Below, in pieces: positions 1-8,673 of a stretch of DNA of 64,000 nt (within the stretch, counting starts at the first letter, position 1; the number at the start of each line of letters is the position of its first letter). Source of the DNA: a virus (lineage: Duplodnaviria > Caudoviricetes); the IMG/VR virus record IMGVR_UViG_3300037067_018912, positions 64,001 to 128,000 of that record; one strand, written 5' to 3'. The notes under the pieces were generated by a model. It saw only the letters and a list, made by a program, of their open reading frames with translations. It was not told the origin of the DNA and ran no database searches. The position numbers and the translations under genes were made by a program.

Positions 1-141
1 ACTTAATAGAGTGTCGGTTTCGTTGACCTTCATTCCCGGATTAAACTTCGTCACGGTTTTCTTGAAATTTTTCTCGAAACCTTTCGATTGGTTGTTTACC
101 GGGTCTTTGAGCGTCGGTTTGAAATTTACTTCCTCGTTCAT
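1..141 (-). CDS. hypothetical protein, runs off the window (MNEEVNFKPTLKDP...)
   Basis: ATG at 141 overlaps the stop of the upstream ORF (TAATG); the frame stays open to position 1. Confidence 0.7.
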   Translation of the reverse strand, partial: MNEEVNFKPTLKDPVNNQSKGFEKNFKKTVTKFNPGMKVNETDTLLS

Positions 142-347
142 TATTTTATGTCGGTTTTCCAAAAATCTCTCTTCTGCCATAATACTTTGGTAACGCTTTC
201 CATAGCCGCTTTCATGGCATCTGCCACTTCACGCCTCGATTGGCTGTTTATATTCTTGAGAATCTTCTTCATCTCAACATCCAACGAATCTTTGACGAAT
301 CTTTCAATCTCGTCCCTGACTATTTTCTTGACATCGTCGCCGTTCAT
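141..347 (-). CDS. small hypothetical protein, possible head/internal protein
   Basis: 68 aa ORF preceded by the GTATTTAT motif; amphipathic VKKIVRDEIERF helix. Confidence 0.7.
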   Translation of the reverse strand: MNGDDVKKIVRDEIERFVKDSLDVEMKKILKNINSQSRREVADAMKAAMESVTKVLWQKRDFWKTDIK

Positions 348-364
348 ATCATGCTTGGTTGATT

Positions 365-372
365 ATAAATAC
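365..372 (-). promoter_or_regulatory. putative late promoter GTATTTAT
   Basis: conserved motif 17 nt upstream of the ATG at 347. Confidence 0.6.
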
Positions 373-401
373 TTAACGAAAACAAAAAAACGGTTTCAAA
401 T

Positions 402-435
402 AAAAGAACGCATATTTTAAATTATGCGCTCTTTT
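402..435 (-). terminator. intrinsic terminator, possibly bidirectional
   Basis: AAAAGAACGCATA/TATGCGCTCTTTT inverted repeat downstream of ORF 463-1257. Confidence 0.55.
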
Positions 436-462
436 TGATATAAACGGAACTTTCATTTAACG

Positions 463-1257
463 TTACTTCGTCAACAGCCAAAACGCTGTCGCCCCACCGA
501 TCGCCCCAACCGCCACAGATGCAACCGTCTTGCCGTTGCGTATAAAAAAATTACCAATCTTCTGCCACCCATTCGGATCAAGTTTCTCCTTGGTGATCGG
601 TTTGATCGCATAACTGTCAATATTGACAGTCTTGAAATAACCGTTCGTATTGGTGACACTGAATGACACGGGATATCCTTTCTTCTTGTCATTCTTCCAA
701 TGGAATTCTATGAATTGCTCGTTTGGCAGTATGAATTGTTTGAATGCCAATGTCGGCAAACTGTCTAAGTATGCAGGCATAACTCTTCCAACATTAATAT
801 GATACTTGAGGTCTTTTGTGGAATCAACAAAGGCGATGTTCCTTCTTGCCGTATCGATATAAACCTTGTATGGCTTCAATGAATTGATTATGACATTCGT
901 TTCAATGAGTGCTGCAGCAATTATAGAATTCTCCTTCTCAACCTCATCGATTTTTGCCAAAAGTTCCTTTTGTGAAGATGTTAATTGGCCATTCATCTTC
1001 TTCAAGTCCTTGATATCAGCCTGTAGGGTGAGTTTTTCAGCCACCCATTCGCCATGCTCGTTTTGATAATTATGAACGCTATCAACCAAGGAGTCTTTCA
1101 ATTTAACCTCAGATTGATATTTATCTTTCAGATTTGCAATTCTTTTCTGTTGGAAATAAATAACCGCAGCCAAAATCAACACGATTAAGACTACAATCCA
1201 AATCACGATCTGTTTTTTCTCCTTGAAAAAATTCAGAATTTTTTGAATGAAGTTCAT
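463..1257 (-). CDS. membrane-anchored coiled-coil protein (spanin-like candidate)
   Basis: N-terminal TM (IVIWIVVLIVLILAAVIYF), coiled coil, hydrophobic C-terminal segment. Confidence 0.55.
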   Translation of the reverse strand: MNFIQKILNFFKEKKQIVIWIVVLIVLILAAVIYFQQKRIANLKDKYQSEVKLKDSLVDSVHNYQNEHGEWVAEKLTLQADIKDLKKMNGQLTSSQKELLAKIDEVEKENSIIAAALIETNVIINSLKPYKVYIDTARRNIAFVDSTKDLKYHINVGRVMPAYLDSLPTLAFKQFILPNEQFIEFHWKNDKKKGYPVSFSVTNTNGYFKTVNIDSYAIKPITKEKLDPNGWQKIGNFFIRNGKTVASVAVGAIGGATAFWLLTK

Positions 1258-1274
1258 TTTTATAAAATTTTATA

Positions 1275-1282
1275 ATAAATAC
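1275..1282 (-). promoter_or_regulatory. putative late promoter GTATTTAT
   Basis: 17 nt upstream of the ATG at 1257. Confidence 0.6.
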
Positions 1283-1292
1283 TTTGAAAAAT

Positions 1293-1320
1293 AAAAAAAC
1301 CCGGCTAAATGTCGGGTTTT
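1293..1320 (-). terminator. intrinsic terminator
   Basis: AAAACCCGGC..GTCGGGTTTT hairpin with a U-tract on the minus strand after ORF 1332-1826. Confidence 0.7.
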
Positions 1321-1331
1321 CAATGTGGTTA

Positions 1332-1826
1332 TTATTGTTGAATCAGGTTTTCTCTCCAATATTTTGAGAACACTGTGTCATAATAAGTCTGTATTCTGTC
1401 GATGATTGGTTGGTTCTCAGGGTTGTCGGGTGAGAAATCCGGATAATAATCGAATGTGACTTTACTTGTGTTCTCTTCCGGGGTCACAGCGAATGTAAAT
1501 TCGAACACTCCATTGACAATGCCACCCCAAACGATATAATCGTCGAAGACTTCAAGTTCGTCGAATTTTACGCTCACATCCATATCGAGGTAACTCAGAA
1601 ATTTCTTTTCTTCAATATCTTGGTCGTAAGCGGTTTTCTTGTTCACAGCAGGTGCTTCTGTTTCAACATTATCAACCTGTTCATTCAATTTGCGTGTGAT
1701 TTTAAGCATATCACGCATGGTCATATCTTTTTTCGGTTCGTCTTTAGATTCTGCGACTTGATACTTTTCCCCACGCATCCTGCGCAACAAAACCCTCATT
1801 TGATTCGGTGATGTTTTATCGTTCAT
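1332..1826 (-). CDS. hypothetical protein, possible internal head protein
   Basis: 164 aa ORF; late motif upstream; VAE and LNE motifs in the N-terminal part. Confidence 0.7.
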   Translation of the reverse strand: MNDKTSPNQMRVLLRRMRGEKYQVAESKDEPKKDMTMRDMLKITRKLNEQVDNVETEAPAVNKKTAYDQDIEEKKFLSYLDMDVSVKFDELEVFDDYIVWGGIVNGVFEFTFAVTPEENTSKVTFDYYPDFSPDNPENQPIIDRIQTYYDTVFSKYWRENLIQQ

Positions 1827-1840
1827 TTTTTCGATTTATT

Positions 1841-1848
1841 ATAAATAC
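1841..1848 (-). promoter_or_regulatory. putative late promoter GTATTTAT
   Basis: 14 nt upstream of the ATG at 1826. Confidence 0.6.
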
Positions 1849-1849
1849 T

Positions 1850-2464
1850 TCAACCTCCGCCATTTTTCAACATCTTATTGAACTTCTCAATATCGAATAG
1901 AGGATTAGTATCGCTGCTATCCTCAATATAATTACTCCGAAAAACAATTCCTTCGAATTTTACGGTGTCTTTGTGATATGGGTGGAACTCGATACATTCC
2001 TTTTTAATGCCAAACTCTTTACAGAGTTTTTTGCACAGCAGCACCACGTTTTTGATCTGCTCTATTGTGAAACGTTCCCAATAATTATATCCAAGATAAT
2101 CATAGGCAATTACGTTTTCCTCTTCACACTCCTCGTTCAACCAATTGATATACTTTCCATCAGACGTTTGAAACAAATACCCCATATTCTCAAGAACGAT
2201 CGAAATAGACAGCCTATCTGCATCCTTGATGCCGAGAAAGTCACTGTAAAATTTTGGGTTATAATGTTGATACACAACACCGTCCCTTGTTATAGTGAAA
2301 GTGTTCCATTTCTTCGTGTTTCCAAATTCCTTGTGCGTCAACCTGGTAATATGATGGCCGTTTTTTCGCAGGCTCATCCCGATGACGATCTGTTTCTTAG
2401 CCGTTTGAACCTTATAACGGTTGTTCTCCTTGACCTCATATGTCGTGTCATCTATTCGCATCAT
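1850..2464 (-). CDS. N-acetylmuramoyl-L-alanine amidase (Amidase_2)-like protein with degenerate Zn ligands
   Basis: FTITRDGVVYQ, SISIVLEN, FTIEQIKNVVLLCKKLC and SDTNP match the Amidase_2 layout. Confidence 0.65.
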   Translation of the reverse strand: MMRIDDTTYEVKENNRYKVQTAKKQIVIGMSLRKNGHHITRLTHKEFGNTKKWNTFTITRDGVVYQHYNPKFYSDFLGIKDADRLSISIVLENMGYLFQTSDGKYINWLNEECEEENVIAYDYLGYNYWERFTIEQIKNVVLLCKKLCKEFGIKKECIEFHPYHKDTVKFEGIVFRSNYIEDSSDTNPLFDIEKFNKMLKNGGG

Positions 2465-2918
2465 AATTCATGAATATTACCTCAATTCCACCTTCCTTAA
2501 AGATCACCAATGCTCTTTTAAATCCTTCACCAAACTTCGGATCGTTAAAATCGGGTTCTTTGTCTACAAACACTCTTTTTATCCCTGCTTGAACTATGAA
2601 TCCGGCACAAGTATCACAAGGAAATAAATTGACATAAATGTCGGAATTCATGCTGCATTTACCCTGCCGTGCACAATTAATGATCGCATTTGCCTCGGCA
2701 TGAATGAACCAATGGTATTTCTCCGGCCTTTGATGTCTTTCCTCAACTTCATCATCGACACCCCTCGGCATGCCGTTATATCCAGTCGTCACAATCTCCC
2801 TGTCCCTGACGATTACTGCGCCGATTCTCCTTGAACGGTCTTTGCTCCACGTAGCGATCTCCGAATCGACCATATGCATAAACCGCATATGCCATTTCAT
2901 TTCGTTATTTTCCACCAT
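2448..2918 (-). CDS. dCMP deaminase (ComEB family)
   Basis: IGAVIV, TGYNG, HAEANA, PCDTCA motifs. Confidence 0.92.
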   Translation of the reverse strand: MVENNEMKWHMRFMHMVDSEIATWSKDRSRRIGAVIVRDREIVTTGYNGMPRGVDDEVEERHQRPEKYHWFIHAEANAIINCARQGKCSMNSDIYVNLFPCDTCAGFIVQAGIKRVFVDKEPDFNDPKFGEGFKRALVIFKEGGIEVIFMNYDANR

Positions 2919-3282
2919 ACTTCACACTAAAACCATTGTCAATTTTTTTATCATAATAATTTCTTTCCAATTCCAAAAGTCTTTCCCAATCAATAACAAC
3001 ACCTTCTTCCTTGACTGTTTTACTGAAATTGAAATACTCTCTTATCTGATGGATCGATTCTCTTTCCATACCCTGCGTTGCGAGATAGAATATGGCGTCT
3101 TCAATCTTGTCAAACATCGCCACATACGACATATCCCAACATTCGGCAGGATATAATTGCCCTTCGGAATAAAGGATATAACCCGTAGTTTTGCTTTTGT
3201 TTAATTCAATTACTCTACCGAGGTTTTGAGGTATCTTTCTACCCCAAAAACTGTATGTACACCAAATGCCAACTTTTTCCAT
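2905..3282 (-). CDS. hypothetical protein
   Basis: 125 aa ORF packed within the operon. Confidence 0.65.
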   Translation of the reverse strand: MEKVGIWCTYSFWGRKIPQNLGRVIELNKSKTTGYILYSEGQLYPAECWDMSYVAMFDKIEDAIFYLATQGMERESIHQIREYFNFSKTVKEEGVVIDWERLLELERNYYDKKIDNGFSVKYGGK

Positions 3283-3288
3283 AGCATA

Positions 3289-3498
3289 TTAGGTCAATTT
3301 CCACCATCTATCCTTTTTCAACCCCCTTGCCTTAACAATCAAATCTTGCAATTTGGGGGCGTCAAAATCATTACTGGTGATAACGTCACCATCAATATCC
3401 GCAAGGTCGGATTCGGCAAGTTCATCCACGATTTTGAGGGCGTTTTTGATCAACCTACCCTTTTCAAGTGCTTCCAATCTTTCCATGTCTGTTGCCAT
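3289..3498 (-). CDS. hypothetical protein
   Basis: 69 aa ORF packed within the operon. Confidence 0.65.
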   Translation of the reverse strand: MATDMERLEALEKGRLIKNALKIVDELAESDLADIDGDVITSNDFDAPKLQDLIVKARGLKKDRWWKLT

Positions 3499-3505
3499 AT
3501 TCGTG

Positions 3506-4657
3506 TTATTTCATATTCTCAATCACCCGGAAAGAATCGTCGAATGTTTCAATAATATTAACGGCTTCGTTGTATGGTGCTGAAATATGCCTTCTCTTCC
3601 CGTTAGTAACAAAGATATTCAATCTATCCATATCTTGCAAGAACTCTTCAACTAATTTATTGGAATTCGGTATGGTACTTTTCTCAGCCACGATGGTCTT
3701 CAGTTCCAAGCCACTGAGCACCCTATCACCAGGGGAAAGTTTTCCTCCGCCATAGACAAAGGCGAGCAACGCCCTATATCTATCTTTTTTTTGATAAACC
3801 TTTTCAAATTTCTGTTGGTTTATCTCGAAGAGTCTATGTTCATAGTACTCCCGAAAGTAAATGCCCCCGATTATGAGAACCTCGTTGACTATAACGATTA
3901 TAATGAATAAGAATATGTTCTTCGTATCCTCTGATTCGTGCCCAGATTTTGCACTCAACAGAGTCTCTTTCAATATATTCTGCTTTGTAAGAAATTCCTT
4001 ATCGATCCTTTCGATCTGTTGTTCATTATCTTTGATAATAGCCAAGTTCTTGTCGATATTGGTCTGATAATCTCTTCGCACCGAAACATAGTTCACCGGA
4101 GTTTCCGCCAATCTCTGACGTAGATCGTTATTTACTTTCCGAAGTGCCTCGTTGTCATCAATGTAAGTTTGTTTCCTACTTTCATAAACGGTTGCAAGAC
4201 TGTCACCCTCAGACGTCAATCGGGTCTCAACTGCGGCATTTTTGAACACACTTGTGGTGGCAAGATTCTTCGATCCGGCGATTGACAAGTAGAAACTGGT
4301 TGCCACAATCACAAATGCAAGGGTGAACCAACCCCCCACTTGGAAATTGATCTTCTTACCATTGGTGAAGTAGTCGTCCGAAAAGTTTTGTATGAAGTAC
4401 CGTTTGATTATCTCGAAAGTGCCGAGGAAGATCACTGAAAGCGTTAATGCTATCGTATTGCCGACTGCACCCTGTATGAAATTGATGGTAATTGTTTTCG
4501 ACAATGCCGGGTAAACCAAGAAATATGCGAAGAATATTGCACTTATATTACCCAAGAAAGAGAACCGCCACAACCACGTGTCCAACCCTCTATTCCTCGA
4601 CTCAAAATCCTTCTTATTTATCTTACCTCTTAACCTGTCATAACTCGTTAAATCCAT
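3506..4657 (-). CDS. multi-pass membrane protein with a coiled coil
   Basis: three N-terminal TMs, ~110 aa coiled coil, fourth TM (IFLFIIIVIVNEVLIIGGIYF). Confidence 0.7.
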   Translation of the reverse strand: MDLTSYDRLRGKINKKDFESRNRGLDTWLWRFSFLGNISAIFFAYFLVYPALSKTITINFIQGAVGNTIALTLSVIFLGTFEIIKRYFIQNFSDDYFTNGKKINFQVGGWFTLAFVIVATSFYLSIAGSKNLATTSVFKNAAVETRLTSEGDSLATVYESRKQTYIDDNEALRKVNNDLRQRLAETPVNYVSVRRDYQTNIDKNLAIIKDNEQQIERIDKEFLTKQNILKETLLSAKSGHESEDTKNIFLFIIIVIVNEVLIIGGIYFREYYEHRLFEINQQKFEKVYQKKDRYRALLAFVYGGGKLSPGDRVLSGLELKTIVAEKSTIPNSNKLVEEFLQDMDRLNIFVTNGKRRHISAPYNEAVNIIETFDDSFRVIENMK

Positions 4658-4674
4658 GCTTGTGTTTATTTACC

Positions 4675-4682
4675 ATAAATAG
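4675..4682 (-). promoter_or_regulatory. putative late promoter CTATTTAT
   Basis: 17 nt upstream of the ATG at 4657. Confidence 0.5.
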
Positions 4683-4696
4683 TAAAGAAACAATTA

Positions 4697-7600
4697 TTAT
4701 TCAATTACAAGCGACGATATCCCATCTTCATCTAACTGTACATTAATCAGATAATCAGGATTTATTTCGTGAACTTGTTCTATCACAAGCGTTTTTTTCA
4801 TGCTATTTTTTATCATGTGGAGTATCTCAATGAATTCTTCCACACTACCTTCTAAATCGAGTTTACCCATCACCTCATCGAGCAGAAAAATAGTTGGTTT
4901 TGCTTTGACATTAATTTGATTGAGAGCAAATTTCAACACCACACTTGCAAATGTCCTTTCTTTGCCGCTTGCACCAATACAATCTATAACGGCAGATGGC
5001 CTATTATTGTAAGCCAATTTTGGCCTCAAATCATCTTGGTCGAGCCATACTTTGAACGGTGCTACCGATAATATGGTCTCCAAAGTCAGATTAATTTTAG
5101 GAATAATGTAATTCGACAACATCTGCCTGGGAATGCCATCCCTATGAACGCATTTTTTGTATAGATTCATCACCAAATCACGGTATTCCTGCGCTTTGAA
5201 ATCGGTGACAAGGGTCTCATTATCTTTTATCCTCTTTTGTCTGTCACCTACCTTGCCTTTTAATATAAAAATGTTCTCCCTTTCATCAGTTTCCCGTGCT
5301 TCGAGTTCTGAAAGCCTCTTCTTTGCCGCTTCAATACCCTTCTCGATCCTGTGGTTCTCCTCGATTTGTTTTAGACTGTTCTCATGGTTGTCGATTTTTT
5401 GTTGAAGAATTTTAATCTTGAGTTCTTCGTTTTGAATAAGGGTTGGTAATTGGTTCAACTCTGTCTGCATTTCCTTACGCTTCTCAACATCGTTCTTGTC
5501 GTTGGTCAGATTGCCTATCTCAGCCAAAACATCCTCTAATTGGAGGGCAGCCTCTTCAATAGTTTTCTTTATGAGAAGGATTTCATCATTTTTGAGTCTG
5601 ATGTTTTCCTGATGAACCGTTTTGTCGTTACTCTCCTTTTCATTAATCTTGGCGGCAACGGCAAACATTTCGGTCTCTTTTTCTTTGATCTTGGCGTCGA
5701 TATGACTTTGATGCTCCGCAGTCAATGGCTGTCCGCACGTCGGACAAATCTTACTATTCTTTAATTCCGAAATGTCTTTTTTATATTTTGCACCGTCCTG
5801 CTTCAATCTAAATATATCGCCATTAATGATCTCAATAGCATGTTCCTCATCCCTGACGGCTTGTTCAACGGCTTTTATCTTCAACCTATCATTGTATTCA
5901 GCCAGTTTATGTAATTCCTTTTCCTTTATGAGGGTTTCAAGTTTTTGTTCGTCATAACTTTCTTTAAGAGGAACGATGTTTTCATTCAATACCCTCTCAC
6001 GTGCATTATGTTCATCGATCTTGCGTTTGTACACATCTATCCACCCCTTAGTGTCCAAGACGTTTAAACCATAAATTTCAGGGTCTATGGTGTAAAGTTT
6101 TTTGGTCAATGTCTCAACATATGTCCGCCCAGTTAAAATGCGATATTGAATATCGGGCATCACAACCGTTTCTATATTGGTTATCTTACCGTCGAAATCC
6201 CGAATTTCCTCAACATACCCGGCATTTTCTACTTCTTTCATTTCAATGCTGCAGGTCACTCTTGGTTTATCATTCACGCTCTTCTGATATATTTTCAAAC
6301 CTTCGAGTTTCTTGTCGAAGATATCCAATCCACTATCATACAGCAAAGAATCGATGAAAATCGCCATATCATTTGACAATATCCTGTTAAGGGTATCGGA
6401 AGTCGTCATTACTATCCGCATAAAGTTGTCATACGATCCAATAATAGATTCAAGTTTTTTTTGTGTTGCGACACGCTTGTCCTCATCCAACTTGTCAAGC
6501 AGGTTTCCGTCGTTCATTTCATCATCCGGACCTGGCAGTATATAATAATTGAACGTGGTAGGAGAGCCATTGATTGAACCATCCTTTGCCCGGCTAATGT
6601 CCGTTCTTTTCTTGATTCCGAAATACTCACCATTAGCCTCAATTACAAGGTATGCTTCGCAATACGAAGCACCATTTCGGTTATTGACAAAGCGGGAATC
6701 CCCATATTTCATACGACTCTCGGTTTCCAAAGACTTGGTGAAAAGGGCGTATGTTATCAATTTCATGATCGTTGTCTTTCCTGCAGTGTTGATTCCTGTG
6801 ATTTGGAACAAACCGTCCTTGTCACGCCAATCGACGTCGAGAGTTGCATATGATGCGAAATTAACCCCACCGAATTTGATAATGTCCCATTCAATACCTG
6901 CGTCTTCCTTAATATCAATCAGGTTGAGGATTTCCTCATCCAATGCAAGAATATCATTAATAACATCCGGATCAGTCCCAATTTTTTCAAGGTATTCTTT
7001 GAATATCTCATGTTGGACGACTTTGTTGGAGATGTTTTGAAGGGTTATGTTCTCATTTACCTCGATCTTCTCGGTTTCAATGAACACATTTTTGTGTAAG
7101 ATAATCGTGTTAGGGTGTTTGGACTTTATATAATGAAACAATTTTCTTTCATTGTCTTTCGTCCTTGTTTGGGGGAGGGTTTTCCACACAAATCTGACGT
7201 GCATTTCCTCTGTGGGATTCTCGATCTCGAAATCAAGGTCGTTGAAATCCATGTACGGGGATATGTCGACATTCTTGAACGAATGATAATTCCTGACAGG
7301 TACAAGTTCCGCTGTCTTGTTTTCCGTATTCCAAAGCATATAGCCGTGGAATTCACCGTCTCCTTCTGATATATCCTGCGCTATCAAAGAACCACAATAA
7401 GCCTTCGTCTGCTTGTCGTCAAGGAATTGTGCCTTGTGGATGTCGCCGAAAAACGATAAATCGCCTTTGAAATCGCTCAATTTGTAAAGCGACTTACTTT
7501 TCATCTCAAACCCGGTCGGGGTCTTACAACCATTGACGGGGTCGTGGAAAAGATCGATTGCAACATAATCATTATTTATTCTTAATTTTTCATAAATCTT

Positions 7601-8026
7601 CCCCTCCTTGGTCTTCCAAGGATTGTTCTTTGGATCACCGTGATGCCAAACCATCCACGCAACGTTTTCATCATAGAAAACATCTGTGTTGTTGTAATAG
7701 ATTACATTGGGGTTGTTTAAAGTTTCAACAATAGCCTTAACGCTGTCAACACGTTTTAGATTCTTCTTCCGGCAATCGTGATTCCCACGAGTGATCCTTA
7801 CGGGTGCTATCGTTGCCAGGCTGTTGAGAAAGCCGTTTGCAAGAATTAATTGCTCTCCCTGCAGGTCAAGATAATCGTGGACGAGGTCTCCGGCTATAAC
7901 GATCCTGTCGGGTTTTTTTTCTGCGAGGGATTTGAGAAGGTTTTTAAATACAAATCTATATTCTTCGTTTCTTGTCGGGGTCTTGCGAATGTGAATGTCG
8001 GCAAGATGGGCAACGGTTTTAATCAT
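4697..8026 (-). CDS. sbcDC: Mre11-Rad50 (SbcD-SbcC, T4 gp47-gp46-like) fusion nuclease/ATPase
   Basis: DIH, GDLVHD, GNHD, GDIH phosphoesterase motifs; Walker A GINTAGKT, Zn hook CPTC, signature SGKE, Walker B FLLDE; start moved to ATG 8026, downstream of a host-type promoter. Confidence 0.9.
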   Translation of the reverse strand: MIKTVAHLADIHIRKTPTRNEEYRFVFKNLLKSLAEKKPDRIVIAGDLVHDYLDLQGEQLILANGFLNSLATIAPVRITRGNHDCRKKNLKRVDSVKAIVETLNNPNVIYYNNTDVFYDENVAWMVWHHGDPKNNPWKTKEGKIYEKLRINNDYVAIDLFHDPVNGCKTPTGFEMKSKSLYKLSDFKGDLSFFGDIHKAQFLDDKQTKAYCGSLIAQDISEGDGEFHGYMLWNTENKTAELVPVRNYHSFKNVDISPYMDFNDLDFEIENPTEEMHVRFVWKTLPQTRTKDNERKLFHYIKSKHPNTIILHKNVFIETEKIEVNENITLQNISNKVVQHEIFKEYLEKIGTDPDVINDILALDEEILNLIDIKEDAGIEWDIIKFGGVNFASYATLDVDWRDKDGLFQITGINTAGKTTIMKLITYALFTKSLETESRMKYGDSRFVNNRNGASYCEAYLVIEANGEYFGIKKRTDISRAKDGSINGSPTTFNYYILPGPDDEMNDGNLLDKLDEDKRVATQKKLESIIGSYDNFMRIVMTTSDTLNRILSNDMAIFIDSLLYDSGLDIFDKKLEGLKIYQKSVNDKPRVTCSIEMKEVENAGYVEEIRDFDGKITNIETVVMPDIQYRILTGRTYVETLTKKLYTIDPEIYGLNVLDTKGWIDVYKRKIDEHNARERVLNENIVPLKESYDEQKLETLIKEKELHKLAEYNDRLKIKAVEQAVRDEEHAIEIINGDIFRLKQDGAKYKKDISELKNSKICPTCGQPLTAEHQSHIDAKIKEKETEMFAVAAKINEKESNDKTVHQENIRLKNDEILLIKKTIEEAALQLEDVLAEIGNLTNDKNDVEKRKEMQTELNQLPTLIQNEELKIKILQQKIDNHENSLKQIEENHRIEKGIEAAKKRLSELEARETDERENIFILKGKVGDRQKRIKDNETLVTDFKAQEYRDLVMNLYKKCVHRDGIPRQMLSNYIIPKINLTLETILSVAPFKVWLDQDDLRPKLAYNNRPSAVIDCIGASGKERTFASVVLKFALNQINVKAKPTIFLLDEVMGKLDLEGSVEEFIEILHMIKNSMKKTLVIEQVHEINPDYLINVQLDEDGISSLVIE

Positions 8027-8043
8027 AACGACATACTTTTTAA

Positions 8044-8075
8044 CAAATATACCCAAAACATGAGCAGAGTGCAAG
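8044..8075 (-). promoter_or_regulatory. Bacteroidota primary-sigma promoter (CTTG-N20-TATATTTG)
   Basis: matches the TTTG-N19/21-TAnnTTTG consensus upstream of the fusion gene. Confidence 0.6.
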
Positions 8076-8145
8076 GGTTTTTAAAAATTGTCAAAACGGC
8101 AAAACAGACCTTTCTTTTCATGACAAATTTTCATGTTCATCCCTA

Positions 8146-8160
8146 TGGCATGGTATTAGT
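8146..8160 (+). promoter_or_regulatory. possible sigma54-type promoter TGGCATGGTATTAGT for hsp20
   Basis: resembles TGGCACG-N4-TTGC; upstream TGTCA-N3-CGGCA (8089-8101) and TGACA-N3-TTTCA (8121-8133) boxes. Confidence 0.35.
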
Positions 8161-8207
8161 AATACATACTGAAAGAAAAATAATTTTAACCTTAAATTTA
8201 TAAAACC

Positions 8208-8627
8208 ATGTTAGCAATAAGACACAAAAATTCACCGACATTGATCGACATTCTCGATCATTTCTTCAGCAATCCTACTTGCTGCGATACCGATACCGAT
8301 CTTCCAGTAAAAACGCCCGTTCACGACATTATTGAAAATGATAAGGAATATGTTGTTGAAATGCTTCTTGCCGGGGTGAAGAAAGATGACATCACCATTG
8401 ATGTTGAAAAAGATGCAATAATCATCAAAGCAGAACGCAAGGAAGTTAAGGATTTGAAATACAACCGCAAACAGAGTTATTTTGGCAAGTATGAGAGGGT
8501 GATCTACCTGTCGGACGATGCTGATGTTGAGAACATCTTGGCTTCTATGGAGGACGGTATTCTGAAAATCACTGTGCCGAAAACGAAAGACGTGAAAACC
8601 GTAAAGAAATCCATTGAGATTAAGTAA
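8208..8627 (+). CDS. hsp20: small heat shock protein Hsp20/alpha-crystallin
   Basis: DIIENDKEYVVEMLLAGVKKDDI, FGKYER, ASMEDGILKITVPK, C-terminal IEI. Confidence 0.93.
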   Translation: MLAIRHKNSPTLIDILDHFFSNPTCCDTDTDLPVKTPVHDIIENDKEYVVEMLLAGVKKDDITIDVEKDAIIIKAERKEVKDLKYNRKQSYFGKYERVIYLSDDADVENILASMEDGILKITVPKTKDVKTVKKSIEIK

Positions 8628-8647
8628 TTATTAAAAGTCCCGGATTG

Positions 8648-8673
8648 AAAGGCGTTGGAAACGACGCCTTTTT
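8648..8673 (+). terminator. bidirectional intrinsic terminator between convergent hsp20 and radical SAM genes
   Basis: AAA-GGCGTTG-GAAA-CGACGCC-TTTTT. Confidence 0.75.

Noticed and set aside
4697-8026. Giant eukaryotic virus (NCLDV) origin suggested by the Mre11-Rad50 fusion, PolB and plant-like GT
   Set aside because: Baseplate gp25/gp6 genes, a sigma factor, bacterial promoters and terminators, and an amidase fold indicate a tailed bacteriophage
8027-8074. Longer ORF-track starts (8074, 10993, 27680, 37961, 52583, 52932)
   Set aside because: These extensions overlap promoter motifs or upstream genes; downstream ATGs fit better
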